64,000 nucleotides of DNA from the NCBI GenBank assembly GCA_038087875.1, contig CM075990.1:15562001-15626000 (forward strand), in the 5' to 3' direction. The notes under the pieces were generated by a model. That model saw only the letters and a list, made by a program, of their open reading frames with translations, had not been told where the DNA came from and ran no database searches. Shown piece by piece: positions 37,436-53,164 of the stretch; the stretch's first letter is position 1; every line of letters starts with the position of its first letter. The translations under genes and the position numbers were made by a program. The stretch is from Malacoraja senta (lineage: Eukaryota).

Positions 37436-37875
37436 AGCGACACGGTGGCGCAGCAGTAGAGTTGCTGCCTTCAAGCGCCAAAGACCCGGGTTCAATCCTG
37501 GCTACGGGTGCTGTCTGTACGTAGTTGGTACATTTACCACGTGGACCACTTGGGTTTCTCCGGGTGCTCCGGTTTCCTCCCACACTCCACAGACGTGGAA
37601 TGGAATACTTTATTGTCGCATGTGACAAGGCACAGTGAAATTCTTTGCTTGCATACCCAAGCATATACAAACAGCGGCCACTTAAGGCGCTGACAAAGTT
37701 ACAAAGAACGCCGACTCCCCCTTTGTGTACGTGTTCAAGTTTGTAGGTTAATTGGCTTCTGTAAAATTGCAATTTGTCCCGAGTGTGTCGGATAGTGTTA
37801 GTGTGCGGGGATCGCTGGTCGGCGCGGACTCGGTGGACTCCTGTTTCCATGCTGTATCCCTAAACTAAACTAAAA
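37436..37875 (+). mobile_element. HE1-like SINE with an internal Rex1-like insert (~37596-37727)
   Basis: Intact tRNA head and V-domain, an inserted tactttattgtcgcatgtgaca segment, then the tail (ctaaa)n. Confidence 0.85.
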
Positions 37876-40160
37876 TAAAACTAATAACTGCATCACTGTC
37901 TGCAGAGGGGACGTCAGAACCTGCATTACTTTTATCCCCGCCATTGACACATGCTTTCTGGTCACTTATTTTGCACTTAGCGTTTGGTTAAATCAGCTAG
38001 CTTCCTGTACATTGAAATGTTAGTGGCATCTTTCAACCATTATAGGTGGCTGCTCCCTGGATATCCCAATCATTGGGAATGTCTGAGTTACTGCCGTTCT
38101 ATCTTAAAGGATCTTTTGGGGGGAAAAGTATTTTGGCTCTACTTCCTCATCAGCTCAGCAGATACAGAACTCACAAAATACATTGGTCAATCTACCTGAC
38201 ATAATTCATTAGTTTACTAAAATGAAACTAGGTGTGAAATAACAGTGCAGTTCCCAAACAGGAGAACAGTCAATTCAATTACTGTCACAATGTGTCTGAG
38301 AGCCTTGCGTGGCATGTTAACAGATGCCAAGCAGAACAAGAGCAAGGATGTTCCTCTGTAAGTGTATTCCAAGAGCAAAATACTAGAGCTAAGTCTATTC
38401 CAAGAGCTACTGGAAGGTCTGCAGTCAGAACCGAAAACTCTGCCTCTCTCTCCACAGATACTGTCTGATCAGCAGGGAATTTCCAGATATGCCTTTGAAA
38501 GCACTGTTAGATTTAAGCTGGTTGGACACCAGTGAAGGAAATAAATCACCAAGTGCTGGAGTAACTCAACGGGTCAGACAGCATCTGTGGAAGGAATTGA
38601 TCAGTGACGTTTCAGGTCAGGTCCCTTCCCCAGACTCATTGTAGTAAGGGGCAGAACATTGGAAAAGAGGTTGGGCGGGACAAATTTGGCAATTGATAGA
38701 TGAGGGGGATTTGATGGCAGATCGGTGAACAAAGACGAAAGCTGAAAAGGAGACAGAATGTTGTCAGATAACGAAAGAAGGAGTGAAGTGTAAACCAGAT
38801 AGAGGGATATAGGTGAATAAATGGACAGGATGGAAAGAGGAGCATGATAGTGGGAGAATGAAGTATATGTTCCAATATAATTGAGATGATACTTCACTCC
38901 ATAATGAATAAATTTAGTGGTGCAGATCATTTTCTATGCTGTGCTTCTTTTGATATGATGCATTAAATGCAGATGATGAATAATGAAAGTGTCTCTGGTG
39001 CCTTTTACATCCTTCACATTGCTTTTCAGAACCCGGGAAGAGGCATTGATTGCAGATTATTGCCAAGGATATGAATAGGGCTAGGATAACAGACCCCGTG
39101 CAGTAAATGGAGTTACAGGCGGAGTAATAGAAGTGAACTCTGTACTTTAGTGGATGGGTCAAGGAGATGGCACTTTGATTGTAAGTGCCAGACAAATTGG
39201 AGGAAAACAGGACTTCTAAAACGCTATTGAATAGACATCTGCAGGGAAAATAATCTACAAAAGGCTACAGGGAAAGAGTGGAGTATTGAGACTGATAGGA
39301 TTGTTGCTTCAAGAACTGGTATGGGCTTAATGGCTGAATGGTATCCTTGTTTGGCACAATAATCGCATAAATTCATAGGTTCTAAGAGCAGAATAAGGCC
39401 ATTCAGCCCATCAAATCTACTCTGCCATTCACTCACAGCTGATGTAAATGCATCTAAATGATGAGGCAGGTTCTTGGAGGTGCTCCCATGAATGGTGATA
39501 GATAACAACAGTTATCTATCCCAACTCCCCAACAGAATACTTCCAACTGGTGACAAAAGGCAATTAATCGTTCCAACACTTAAATTCAGTAGCTCTGCAA
39601 AACTCTTGGGAATATCTCCTCGTGGAGAGACAGGGAACACACACCTCTCTGCTCTCACAGTGTTGTAATGGAAGCCTTGACAATTTCCTCAGCGTGACCC
39701 AGCAAACCCAAGCCTCCTGCTGAGATAACGTCTAACGCAGGTTTATTGATATTCCTTCCATCGAGTCATCGGCAATAAAACGTAGAATAATCCCCCCGAA
39801 ACTCTCCAGGCTATATCTACATGTCAACATCATAGAAAGACCAGTTATGTGATCACAATGGTCATCTGTCATCAATGATTTCCACTTATCAATGATCCTG
39901 ATTTTCCAACCAATGTCATTGAAGACATTGGACATTTTAGTTTTAGTTTTTTAGACTTACAGCACAAAAACAGGCCCGTCAGCCCAACGAGTCCACACTG
40001 ACCAGCAATCCCCGCGCACTAACACTATCCTACACACACTTGGGACAATTTACATTTACTGCATACCAAGCCAATTAACCTACAAACCTGTTTGTCTTTG
40101 GATTGTGGGAGGAAACTGAAGATTTTGGATTTGTCGAAATTCAGTCGTGTTTCAGCTTAA

Positions 40161-40493
40161 AAGCCCTGTCCCACGGTACGAGTTCATTCCAAGAGCTCTC
40201 CCGAGTTTAAAAAAAAAATCAAACTCGTGGTAAGCACGGAGAATGAACTTAGCGGGTACGTCGGAGCTTGGGGACGTCTCTTAGCGGCTCGTAACGCTAA
40301 CGGCAGGTACTCGGGAAGACTCGCTAATGGCAGGTAAGCACGGGAAGACTCGTGAAGATTTTTCAACACGTCGTAAAATGTCCACGAGAGCCCCGAGTAC
40401 CGACGAGTGGCCATTACCGTAAATCTCCGAGTTCGAATCAGGGCAAAACTCGGGAGAGCTCTTGGAATGAACTCGTACCGTGGGACAGGGCTC
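40161..40493. mobile_element. PIF/Harbinger-like MITE (subfamily B)
   Basis: ~45-bp near-perfect TIRs AGCCCTGTCCCACGGTACGAGTTCATTCCAAGAGCTCTCCCGAG; TAA/TTA flanks. Confidence 0.88.
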
Positions 40494-41334
40494 TTAGTTT
40501 TATACTGAAGCCAATCCGTGCTGAGGACTGGCCACATTCTGAGAAACCTAGGACTTTACTTGGAATATAGTATAAACCTCAATTAACCCTTGGAATATTT
40601 CTACAGGACACAAAGGGACACGAGGAAGCATTGCGCCTGTCCTGAAGATAACAAGTATTGCAGCACACAGCCAGCATGGATCAAACATGAAGGGCTTTCT
40701 TTTCTGCGTGCAAGGTTTGTAACATGATTATGCAGACAGTGTGCAAGGTCACGAGCTTTGAGCATAAGCACATTAACATTCTGAGAGGGGCTGGTGTGGG
40801 GAATGTCTGCCGTCACAGTGCGCCAACCACTCTGTTCATTCTGCAAGGGAACAAGTGACAGCTCCGCATCATTTCAAATTATTAACTGCTGTGCTTTTTT
40901 TGTTTCCAAATCCATTCATAGAACAAAATCCCCAAGTAATTATACATTTTGCAATCTAAGCCGGGGATAATAGAGGCTGAGATGATCCAGTCCCATTAAT
41001 AGCATAAACCGGGGTGACTGTGCCAGAGAGATTGTATGGTAGGATGGTCTCAAATATTACAGTCCAATCTAGGAAGTCCCAGATGCAAAATGCTTCACGT
41101 ATCTCCTGCTACTGAATCCTCTGGCCCCTGTTCTTGATGGAGATATTAGGGCACATGGTTTAGGGTTTGAGGTATTCACTGTCAAATTGCTGATTTGAAT
41201 TTGACTGCTTCTCGATGGCCATCAGGGTCCTAGTAACTACCAGATTAAAGTAGGCTGTAGCAGTACAGTGCTTCGGTCAGGGAAACTAGCCAACACATTG
41301 CTCACACCACTAAACACCTGGAGCAGACATTTGA

Positions 41335-41622
41335 CTTTAGAGACACAGCGCGGAACCGGGCCCTTCGGCCCACCGAGTCCGCGCCAACCTGCGATTATCT
41401 CGTACACTAGGATAGCCCTACACACCAGGGACCGTTGACAATTTACAGAAGCCAATTATTCTATAAACCCTGTACGTATTTGGAGTGTGTGAGGAAATGG
41501 GAGAAAACTGGAGCTCCCAGAGAAAGCCCAAGCGGTCACAGGGAGAATGTAAAAACTCCGCACAGATAGCAGCCGTGGTCAGGGTCAGACCCTGGTCTCG
41601 TGTGTTGCTGTGCCACTGTGCC
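41335..41622 (-). mobile_element. HE1-like SINE, degraded
   Basis: Tail ggcccttcggcccaccgagtccgcgcc and V-domain remnants. Confidence 0.75.
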
Positions 41623-41861
41623 ACCCCTCGTTATGCATCTAACAATGAATCTTTTCCCTTCCTTACATTTATTTGGAGGGACAAGGGGGCTAAAATATTA
41701 CGTTCCAGTGGGATAAATCTGGGCAATTTGCAATCGCGAGTTCTTGGAAGGTCTAAGGTCTAAATAGGGTCTGATGTAGCATTAATGTCTGGACTAATAA
41801 ATGCTCTTTTTCCTATTATAACTCAGGTGAGAAGGCTCGTCACAAGAATCAAGCTGCATCA

Positions 41862-42512
<651 letters not shown>

Positions 42513-43700
42513 TCAGTCCTCATTACACTCCTGAATTGCAAGAGTTTTTATCCCTGCAATTTTCCACGTAAACTGTTCGTTTTCATTCTAGGCAAACACG
42601 AGGAGAGAGCATCCGATATCAGGGAATACCGACAATTCATCGGGAATAAACATGGGATTTGCTGTAAAAAAGGAACATGCAAAAACAAAAGAGTACAAAA
42701 CAGATATCATTCAGTATGTTGTTGGCCGTTGATTAACCCTTAAAGAACTGATTACTTAAAAGTCGGTTTAAGATTTCAAATGAGATATATATGCATGGAA
42801 AAAACATCAGTTCACTGTAAATGGCATGCCATAAACACAAATGTATATTAAATCTTTGTTGAAGTGCAAGGAGTTTTTAGCAGTGCTTTAAGGGTTACTA
42901 AATTCATGCAGCATCGCTTTTCTGCATATGAGAAGCAGCCAAAAGCAAGTGCTAAAATAGAATATCTTGAGTAACAGAATCAGGCATCAGTTATTGATGT
43001 GTATATTGTAACACATGCAATTCAAACAAACAAAATTAGAATTGCAACTCTCTTAAACTCTACTCCTCCGAAACGTTTACATCTACTAGTCAGTCCACGG
43101 GTAACTTGCCGCCGAGTAAATTATGGAAGAGGGCTCTCCAAAGGAAGACAAGTTTTAAAGATATCCAACCAGTAGTCCTACGTACAAATATGTACTCATT
43201 TCCAAGTTGATATGGTGTTTTAACTGCATGGAATTCCACCATTATAAAATATGTTATGATCATCTGGTGAAAATGTGATAAATTTTCAGTGCTTTATTTG
43301 CCTTCTGCAATTAGACACAAATTATGCGTGTTTTAAGTATGCATAGTAGATATATAATGCAAATAATGAAATTGAACACCAAAGGTTGGAAGCATTTAAA
43401 TAAAGGTGCTGGAAAGGTCCAGCAATGCACATCTCTGATGAAGGACTCGAGCTAATATAATATTTGCTATTTCCCCTTCCCCAGTGCTTAAAATTTATAA
43501 TATTTTCCATTTTTGATTTAAAAGTTGTATTTTTTTTCTCCATTTATTACCTGGACCCAACTCATTCACTGGCGTGAGACAGATGTACATACAGTGTTGG
43601 AGCGACATGGGACATTTAGGAGGTTTAGACACCATAGTACAAAGGGAATTAAACAGATATTACACAAGATAACTTTAACCTACTGCAAAGCTGCTTAAAT

Positions 43701-44102
43701 CAAAGATCCTATAGCGGAGCAAGATAGACCACTCCTGCTAAATGCAATGGGCTGATGTGTAGTACGCAACGGAATGGAACGTGGGCCTTTTTTTCATCCA
43801 TTTCAGTAACCCGACCCGACCTGACCCGCAGTGTAATCAAGGTTGCGGGGGAACAGTTTGTGTTAATAAATTTAAATTCTGAAAATGAGAAGATTTTTAC
43901 CCAAAAACTTTTATTTTTATGAGGATGTTTCCGTAACCGGCTTCCATCTCCGCACTAGTTCTCTTTGCTCCGCTATGGGATCTTTGGTGCGGAGACGGAA
44001 GCCGGTTACGGAAATGGGGCCTAAAATTACCCATGAATCTGCCCATGACCGTACTACGTCTTTTTCGTCGAGTGGTCTATCTTGCTTGCTACAGGATCTC
44101 TG
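43701..44102. mobile_element. Unclassified TIR DNA element (MITE) with an internal third TIR
   Basis: Left CAAAGATCCTATAGCGGAGCAAGATAGACCACTC; right GAGTGGTCTATCTTGCTTGCTACAGGATCTCTG; no clear TSD. Confidence 0.75.
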
Positions 44103-44167
44103 GCTTGGCCCATGTTTAGAGACCCCAAGTCTAATGTTCAAATACGCTCAACATTTGTAAATTAATT

Positions 44168-44510
44168 AGTGATAGGAGCAGAATTAGGCCATTTGGCCCA
44201 TTAAGTCTACTCCGTCATTCAATCATGGCTGATCTATCTCTCCCTCCTAACCCCATTCTCCTGTTTTCACCCCATAACCCCTGACACCCGTACTAATCAA
44301 GTCGATCTACCTCTGCCTTAAAAATATCCATAGACTTGGCCTCCACAGCTTTCTGTTGCAAAGAATTCCACATTTTCACCACCCTCTGACAAGAAATTCC
44401 CCCTCATCTCCTTACTAAATATATGTCCTTTAATTTTGAGGCTATGACATTTGGTCCTAGACTCTCCTAATAGTGGAAACATCATCTCCACATCCACACT
44501 ATCCAGGCAT
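44168..44510 (-). mobile_element. CR1 3' fragment
   Basis: gtgataggagcagaattaggccatt tail and degraded RT end. Confidence 0.8.
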
Positions 44511-47500
44511 TTGGATTGGATCCTTCAGTGAGTTCCAGACTTTGTGTAGCTTCTAGCACTTCAGGATTAAGTCAGCTACATATCACTTCCAAGTGCAGAT
44601 GCTGTTTGAGTACATTTTACAAGTGGATCTACCATTCCATCCAATATATTTTTGCAGTCAAGTCTCTGGTACTTTCCCAAGATGGAGAAATACCCTTTAA
44701 GATGAAATACAATTAATATCCAGTCTCAGTTTGGTTGAACTCTGCAGATTCCAACATGTGATTTCAGTGAAGATGCCAGGTGAAAGAAACAGAGTTTATG
44801 AAGGCAGCTTTTTTTATCCATAACAAGTGTGACTGCCCCCACCGACTAATGCCAATGTATGCTTCTAAATATAGCAGACCCGGAATATACAGACAAGCAG
44901 CAGCCCATGGTGAATCTGCTGAGTAATGCCCATGCTAAGAAGCTGCTCTCATCTAGGGAAAGAAAGACTGAAGCAGGAGGTAACGGGAATGTCATTGAGC
45001 CAAGATAGTTGCAGGAGTGGGAAGCCCTTATCAAGAGAAAGATTGTAATAGTCAAAATGAAAATTGTAGAGAGTTGTAGAGAGTTTTGCAGATTAAATAT
45101 ATAGAGTCATAGAGTGATACAATCTGGAAACAGGCCCTTCGGCCCAACTTGCCAACATGTCCCAGCTACACTAGTCCCACATGCCTGCGTTTGGTCCATA
45201 TCCCTCCAAACCTGTCCTATCCATGTAACTGTCTAACTGTTTCTTGAACGTTGGGATAGTTCTGGCCTCAACTACCTCCTCTGGCAGCTTGTTCCATACA
45301 TCCACCACCTATAACAGCCTATTGCACTTTATCTGTTTATTTATGTGTATATATATGGTCTATGGTATATGGACACACTGATCTGTTCTGTATTTATGCC
45401 TACAATATTCTGTTGTGCTGCAGCAAGCAAGAATTTCATTGTCCTATCTGGGACACATGACAATAAACTCTTTTAACTTGACGACCTATCCTATTCAATT
45501 GCACCTGAAATTTTATTCTTGATATTTTATAAATATCTATCAGTTCAGGGATTAAAAGGTGGAGTAGAAAAGAGGAACAAAAAGCAATAAGTTAAAGTGT
45601 TTACAGGAGGGTTTGGATTTGGTTCTGGTTTCCATGTCACCAGTTCAGCACTCTGATTAACATGCAAGGTAGCCAAGTCTTGAACAACATGCATAAAAAT
45701 ACTTGCAATGACAGGTCAAAGTGCAATATGGAATCTAATCTCATAATGCACAGAAGGTTGCAGAGCGCAGGAAAATGAGCCATCGTAATAGCGATGATAG
45801 ACATTTTTGGCAAACAAATACAGAATGCTACAATGTCTTAAAAGTTGGATTATGTGAATTTGAAGTGTTAAAGGGAAATACATAAATTCACCAAAGATGG
45901 CTGGCATTTTTGATGCACAGTCGGAGATTGCACTCTGAAAATCAGTGCAAAAACATGACCATCAGCGGTGGAACTAGAGCAGCTGGGAACGAGAAACTCA
46001 GAAGCCGCTGATTATAATCTGTAAATAACATGCACTCAATCCTAAACACTGTGCCACAAGCTTTTCAAAAGATGGGCAAAATAATCAAGCTTTCATTTTC
46101 CCACTGACAGTGAACAGACTCTTCTTTTGTGAACTAAACAGCATCGGAAATAGATTAAATCAGATGTATTTTTCATCTTAAGAAGCCAATCTGTTCATAT
46201 GTAGGGGGCCGTTAGTTACTGGCATGTTAGGAGCGACAGAACAGAGGTAGAAATAGAGATCACATATAAACTACCTCTCAATTTCTGTGTGATTACATCT
46301 ACTGCGGCTGAATGCAGACAACTGGTGTTACACTGAAGACAGCTAAACTCGTAAAGAAAAGTAGCCTGATATCACAATTCATCAGAAAATAACATTCTGC
46401 CTCGTAACAATAACAATAATAGGAATGGTACAGTATGATTTGAATGTGAAAGCTGTCAAAACCATCTATATTATACTATTATTTCTTGCTAAAAGAACAT
46501 TTGACAAATATCTCAAAAATATTTACTGTGCTTTTATAACTTCAGTGAAAGGATTAAAAAACAAACAAATGGATACTGTTTCTGTGGATTCTAAATAATT
46601 AAAAATTAATTTTGTGAATGATCTGGAGAGTGGTGAAAAGTAAGCTAGCCATCCAAATGAGTGAAGCAACACATCTTAGGCAGATGCAACTGTAGCTGTT
46701 ATTGACTGCATTGTATTTCAATGTAAGCATTTCAATGAAGATAAACAAGAGAACCATCAAGTCTACTCCGCCATTCAATCACGGCTGAACTATTTTTCCT
46801 TCTCAACCCCAATCTCCTGCCTTCTCCCCGTAACCTTAGACACCCTTCCTAATCAAGAACCTATCAATCTCTGCTTTAAAAATACCCAATGTCTTGGCCT
46901 CCACAGCCGTCTGTGATTATTAATTCCGCAGACTCGCCACCGTCTGGCTAAAGAGATTCCTCCTCATCTCCATTCTAAAGGTGTATCCCTTTATTTTGAG
47001 GCTGTGATTCTAATTTCTCCCATATTGGAAATACCCTTTCCACATTCACTCTACCTAGGCCTTTCATAACCTGGTATGTTTCAGTGAGATCCCTACCCCC
47101 CCTCGCCCCCCCCCCCCCCCACTCATCCTTCTCAATATCACCACAAAGCAGGATTCCTAAAATATAGTTTCATACAGTTTACTCTTTGTAATGTGAATGT
47201 GGTTTTTTTAGGCTACCTAGACATCTTTTTCGCAATATTTTTTCTTGTTTCAACAACAAATGATACAATCCCCAAATTACTTTGTACCAGTTTACTTGCA
47301 TGTCCTATCCATGTACCTGTCCAAGTTTCTCTTAAACGTTGCCTCAACTGCAGTTGTGAAACAAGACACACTTAAGAAGGCCATTCAGCCCCTGAGGCTT
47401 GTCTTAGCATTCGATAAGATTACTTTGTGTCTGCACACCATTTGCTTGAAAACCTTTGATGCCTTAACCTCACAAGAATGTCATTGATTTCAGTCCCAAT

Positions 47501-50500
47501 TGCCGACAGAAACGAGATGATTCTTGTAAGCTGATGTGCCTCAAACTCAAGTCCTGTCCCCAAAGGGCAAGAATTGCTGCCTGCATCTTCCAACAAGCTA
47601 GACAGGTGAGAATACAGACTAAAGCTTTCCACTATATGTGATAATGAAAACTTCCGTCAGTGGGACACTGGTCAGTAATCCCATGGAGCCATTCAATGCA
47701 TTATCTAAGTGGAAAAGCTTTGTAAGGAAGCTGTTGAGATGAGTGCCAGAACCCAATGGAAAGTTATTAAAGACCCTAACAGTGTATGCGATCCAGAACA
47801 GATGCCAGATAGTATTTATACCATCCTTCAAATATTGGATTCCACACGGAACCATTTAGAAACCCATCTGGACTCTGTCTAATTACGTGCTGAGCAGTAA
47901 ATCAATAAGGTAGTACAAAAGCCTGGCGTGTGTAAACCGGCAGCAGGGAGCATGTCAAACACTAAACTGAAGCTTGGTCATGGTCTTGTTGGGTCAAGGG
48001 GGGTGTTGAGACACTCTGAACGCACTGTCCCAGAGTTCGAAAGTCAAGAGAGTTTTATTGTCATATGTCCCGGAGAGAACAATGACATTATCAGAACCCC
48101 ACAAGTCAGCGAGGCTGCACCAGACCATCGATGCTTCCAGAAGAAGGAGTGAAACCACGGGTAACTTGTCAACATTCCTTGAAAAACACGGGAGGACTAA
48201 ACACCCATAGATTGCTCAAACGAGGAACGCCACGTATAGTAAAATAATGGCTGTCTTTGATCCTGATTTCATACTTTAGTCAAATCCTTATCTACACTTA
48301 TACCAACCGAAAAGTTTCAAAATTTTATAAATATTTGCCTGCATATTAAAAAAAAAAAAGAGATTACTGCAAAAGTTAGAATCTGTTAAACGTCAAAGAT
48401 TTCTAAGAATAATGACAGAATAAAGAATAAGAAATAATGAGGATGATTATGATTTAAAAACTTGGCAGGTTCTAATGATCCTACAAAGGACAATGTGGCT
48501 AATCCACAAACACTGCCCGCCCATCTCAATGTCCTGCATCGGGTGTAGTTGAAAGCACCGTGATAACTCCAGGACAGAACAAACAATGTCCTTGATTCTG
48601 AAGTCAACGGGTAACATATTGTACCAGAACAAGGGGAGGGGCAATCGTTGGCTACACTCCATAGGAAAGAACTAATTCAATCAGTCCCAAGTTTGCTTGA
48701 GCGTACTTCTAAACATTTTGTTCATATTTTCATTTATTGGGATATGGGCGTTGCCAGCAGACGAGCATTTATCGCCCATCCCATGAGCAAATCTATCCAA
48801 TCTGTTGGCCAGAGGGCAAATTTTTCAAAGTGGTAGTTTCTTCTGTGTCAGAGGCAATTGGTAATGTTTCAAGTTTTAATTGGTTTGCACACACAGTTAA
48901 GATAATTGAAAACTTTATTTTGAAACAAATTGTTAGTAAGATATATCGGTTATGAGTTCCAAAGACTTTAAAAGTTGATCTCTCATCAGTCAATAGCATA
49001 TGACAAAATCCCCAAGGAACAGTACAGTGAGCAGAACAGTTTCATCAACAGTAGACATCGGTGATAAAATCAGCTGTCTCTTTCAGTGACACAGAACAGC
49101 TTCTGGACATTGAAGAGTGTCTGAAGATCGTGATCACAAACCCAACACAAAGCCCATGTTCGGGAAGGAACTGCACATGCTGGTTTAAACCGAAGGTAGA
49201 CACAAAATGCTGAAGTAACTCAGCAGGACACATGTTCCACCTGGTAGAAGTGGACCTTGCCCTCGTGATTAGTGCTAATTAGTGGATTTAACTACAGCAG
49301 GTCCTTCAAAGCACAAGAGATACCAACAGCGCCGTCTCCACGAAGGCCAAGTGAACCAACATCAGCAAGTTGACCTCTCCCAGGTCAACATCCCAAGCAG
49401 CAACTCCCTAATTATATGTAGACATCTTTGATCGGCAGGTCGTCTCATTCATATATCCAACATGTGAACCATTCAATTTAATCTGACCTCTGTTGGAGCA
49501 GGGGATTTTCAAATGGATAGAGGTAAAGATTCGATGGTCACAGAGCCTTCTTAAGCTAGCAAAACATCCTCATGGTCTCCTGGGTACCTTTGGTCCATCA
49601 CACCTCAAAGCAGCAGAGCAGCATTTACTATAGGATTGTAAACCTCAACCCTTGTACTGGGAGTATTCTAAAGTCCAGTGTATATAATAGGAAGAGTGTA
49701 CTTGCTCACCAAATACCCACCTATCTGGCCCACCTGTGGTGGAGACCCTGGCCATATAATAGCCCAATCAACCATTTCAGAACTGGAGCAAGACCCTGTC
49801 ATGCATGACCGTGAGTGACCTGATGAGCAATTTCTTTAGTCAGAGAACAGTAAACCTGTGGAATTTATTACCACAGTAGGCTTTGGAGGCCAAGTCATTT
49901 AGTAAATTTAAGATGGAGATTGACAGATTCTTGGTTAGTACGGGTGTCAGGGGTTATGGGGAGAAGGCAGGAGAATGGGGTTGTAAGGGAAAGATAGATA
50001 GACTTGATGGGCCAAGTGACCCAATTCTGTACCTATAACATGGACATGACTGCTTAGAAACAGGCAGACATGGGATCCACGATTAATAAAGAGATGCGTG
50101 GAATACAGAAGCAGGAATGTTTAAAAATATTTTCATGAAACTTTGTTTAGAGTGGAGAAATTGGAGTTATTCCCCTGGGAACTGAGAAGATTGAAAGGAG
50201 ATTGCTGGAAGTGTACAGATCTTGACAGTATAAGTAAGGTGAACAATGAGATGTTTCCATTAATGAATAGTTCATGGACAAGGACTGCAGAAAAAGTGCA
50301 GGGCGAAAAATACAAGGAGATGTGAGAGGCAACTTTTGCATGTGGAGTGTGGTTTCAACCTAAAATTCATTGTATCGTAACGTCGTGGCAATAGGGTCAA
50401 TCAGGCCCTTACAAATTGATTTTGATAGGTTCTTGAGGGTTCATAATGTTCAAGGCAGAGAGCAAAGAATGGGAACTGAGCAATTTTCTTTACAAACATA

Positions 50501-51729
50501 GACTCGGTGATCCAAATGGCATTTTGATTCTTCTTGCTTATTCAGCTATGTTTCAATACCCCAGGCATGAATTGGACACACAACTTTCAGGTGATATGGG
50601 GAAGAGCTTCATGCAGATAATCAAGTTGTAGACAGCACTAGAGTAATTGTGCACTTCAAAAGGAATTCAAGCAGATAGACCAAGATGAATGAATTAACGT
50701 TGAGGGAAGATACAAGTAAATATCATGGAGGAGCAGAGACTGGAACGCCACTATAATAATATATTTAAAAAAAATAACAGACCCTCAAACTCAATAAATA
50801 TTATAATCAAAGAAATAGCAGTAGAGAATATCAAATGTTAACAAAGCTTCTGCTGACTTGGTAATGTCACCAGAAAGAGGTAGGTGTTTGAGATTAAATA
50901 TCTTTGATTATAATACTGGATATCACAATGACACCTGGCTAAGAATCACGAGCTTGACTTATTGTGACTAGTACTCAAGTGAAGAGATTGAGGAGGTTCG
51001 GTTGACCTCTCAAATTCCATGAACTCCAAGTCTGTGGAAGATCAAAATGGCCACAGTGTGCAACAAATCAATCATTAACTTACTTGCTCAGTTTATGCCA
51101 ACAAAATCTCCAAGACTTCCAAACTCTACCACCAATACTGATTGTATTGGGAAGGGTGATTAGAGGGTGATGGGTTGTATATATGACTAAGAGATACTGT
51201 ATAGTATATGAGGGTTTTTTCTTTTCTTTTTTCTTTTTTTCTCTCTTTTTTTGTATGGCTTTGTAAATATTTGATTAGTGTATAAATGTAAATTATTTGG
51301 TGTACATATAGCTGCTGGTGTACATATGGTGTACATATAGCTGCTAAATTTGTATAAGATAATTATAAGCAGTTGAATAAGGGGTGGGAATGAATAAGCT
51401 TTGGCTTCTTCCTGCTCCTTTTCGGACACATACGATTTCATTTATTTATAGATATTATTTATGACACTTTATAAATATTCTTGTTTTGTTTTTGTATGCT
51501 GTTTCACACTTGCTTTTTATTCTTTTATTCTGTTCGAAATAAAGAATTAAATTTAAAAAATATTAATAATAATAAAAAAAGAAGGACATCTGGTACAAGT
51601 ACCTGTCCAATTCACACACCATGCTGAATTGGAAATGTGTTGCAGGTCCTTTATTGTTACTTGCTCTGAATCTCGACACTCCTGACCCAAATCACCGTGG
51701 GTGCATCTACACCACCACCTTCTTAAATA

Positions 51730-52125
51730 GTTGACAAACATTTCACCTCCCCTTCCCATTCCAACACTGACCTTTTTGTCCTGGGCCTCCTCCACTGTCA
51801 GAGTGAGGCCACTCGCAAATTGGAGGAACAGCACCTCATATTTCACTTGGGCAGCTTACACCCCAGCGGTATGAACATTGATTCATCTAATTTCAAGCAA
51901 TTCCTTCTCTCCACCCCGTCCCCCACCCTTGCCATCCCACCAGTTCCACTGTTCGTATCCCCTCGTTATCTCCACTTCCCCAGCCACCAATGGGCCAAAA
52001 TGAGCTCCACCCTTCCTTGGTCATCTGTTGCCGGCCCTGTTTTGGTCAGGCCTTTTCCAACCTCCAGTCCCCCCCCCCCCAGCTACTTTCAGTCTGAAGA
52101 AGGGTTCTGACCCAAAACGTCACTC
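51730..52125 (+). mobile_element. Penelope-like element 3' end (GIY-YIG C-terminus plus pLTR with a mutated hammerhead)
   Basis: LEEQHLIFHLGSLHPSGMNIDSSNFK followed by agtctgaagaagggttctgacccaaaacgtc. Confidence 0.85.
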
Positions 52126-53164
52126 CTTCCACCACCTTCCTCCTTCCACCACCATACAGCACCAGCACATAATCCCAGTATTTCAAACCATCGACGACGT
52201 GCCCATCCGTTACACTACAGCCACTTTGACGGTACCTCCTGGACACGTGATCTTCACCACCAAGGACAAGGGCAGTAGGTACGTGGGAGCACCACCACCT
52301 GCATGTTCCTCTCCAAGTCTCATGCCATCTTGACTTTGAAATATATTATTAAGCCTTTCCTGTCACTGGATCTAAATCCTGAAACTCTCTACACAACAAC
52401 ACAGTGAGACTACCTTCTCACCAGAAGGACTACAGCAGTTCAAGAAGTCTACTCACCTCAAGGGCAATTAAAGATGGGCAGTAAGTGTAGACGTCGCTCG
52501 GAAAGGAAATGTTCTAGAGATGAATACACTTGACCACGTAAAAAACCAAGACTCAGGCCTTTTGCAGCCTGCAAAAGGTGGACACAGATACATTCCCACA
52601 CACATGCAGGGAGAAAGAAAGTAACCAGGCTGGGCACTCAAGCCTGACCCGCGGAGTTACTCCAGCACTTTGCATCTTTTTTTGTGAAACAGCATCTGCA
52701 GTTCCTCGTTTCTCCCCACAAGCTTAACTGTTTAGCCCGGTCATTGGCCATACGACAGCCTCACCCTTCAAACCGAAACTTGGAACTTGAATCTTACCAT
52801 TAAATTAATCAAAGGCATTGCCTAATGACTTGAATGATTCCAATAACTGACACCAGCTTCCACACCATCTCAATGTGAAATTTACACTAATGTCTTGCCT
52901 TTTTGCACAGTCTTCATTCTTTTGGAAATTTTGTGTGTAGTTTATGTATAAATTATTTTTGTCTTTGTGCCCACGATGCTTCTGCAAGCAAGATTTTCAT
53001 CGTACCGCCCTTCATCCCAGTGACAATACACGTGACTTGATTTGGAATCACAGATAACTTCTCTGTACCTGCGGTGAAAGATTGGCCAGAACTAATGTCA
53101 CTGAACCAAGTGTTTGGGATTAATGATCCAGAGACATGAGTTCTAATATCATCATGGTGGCTAA

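Noticed and set aside
37436-37510. tRNA genes at SINE heads
   Set aside because: A/B boxes continue into the V-domain and LINE tail, so these are SINEs.
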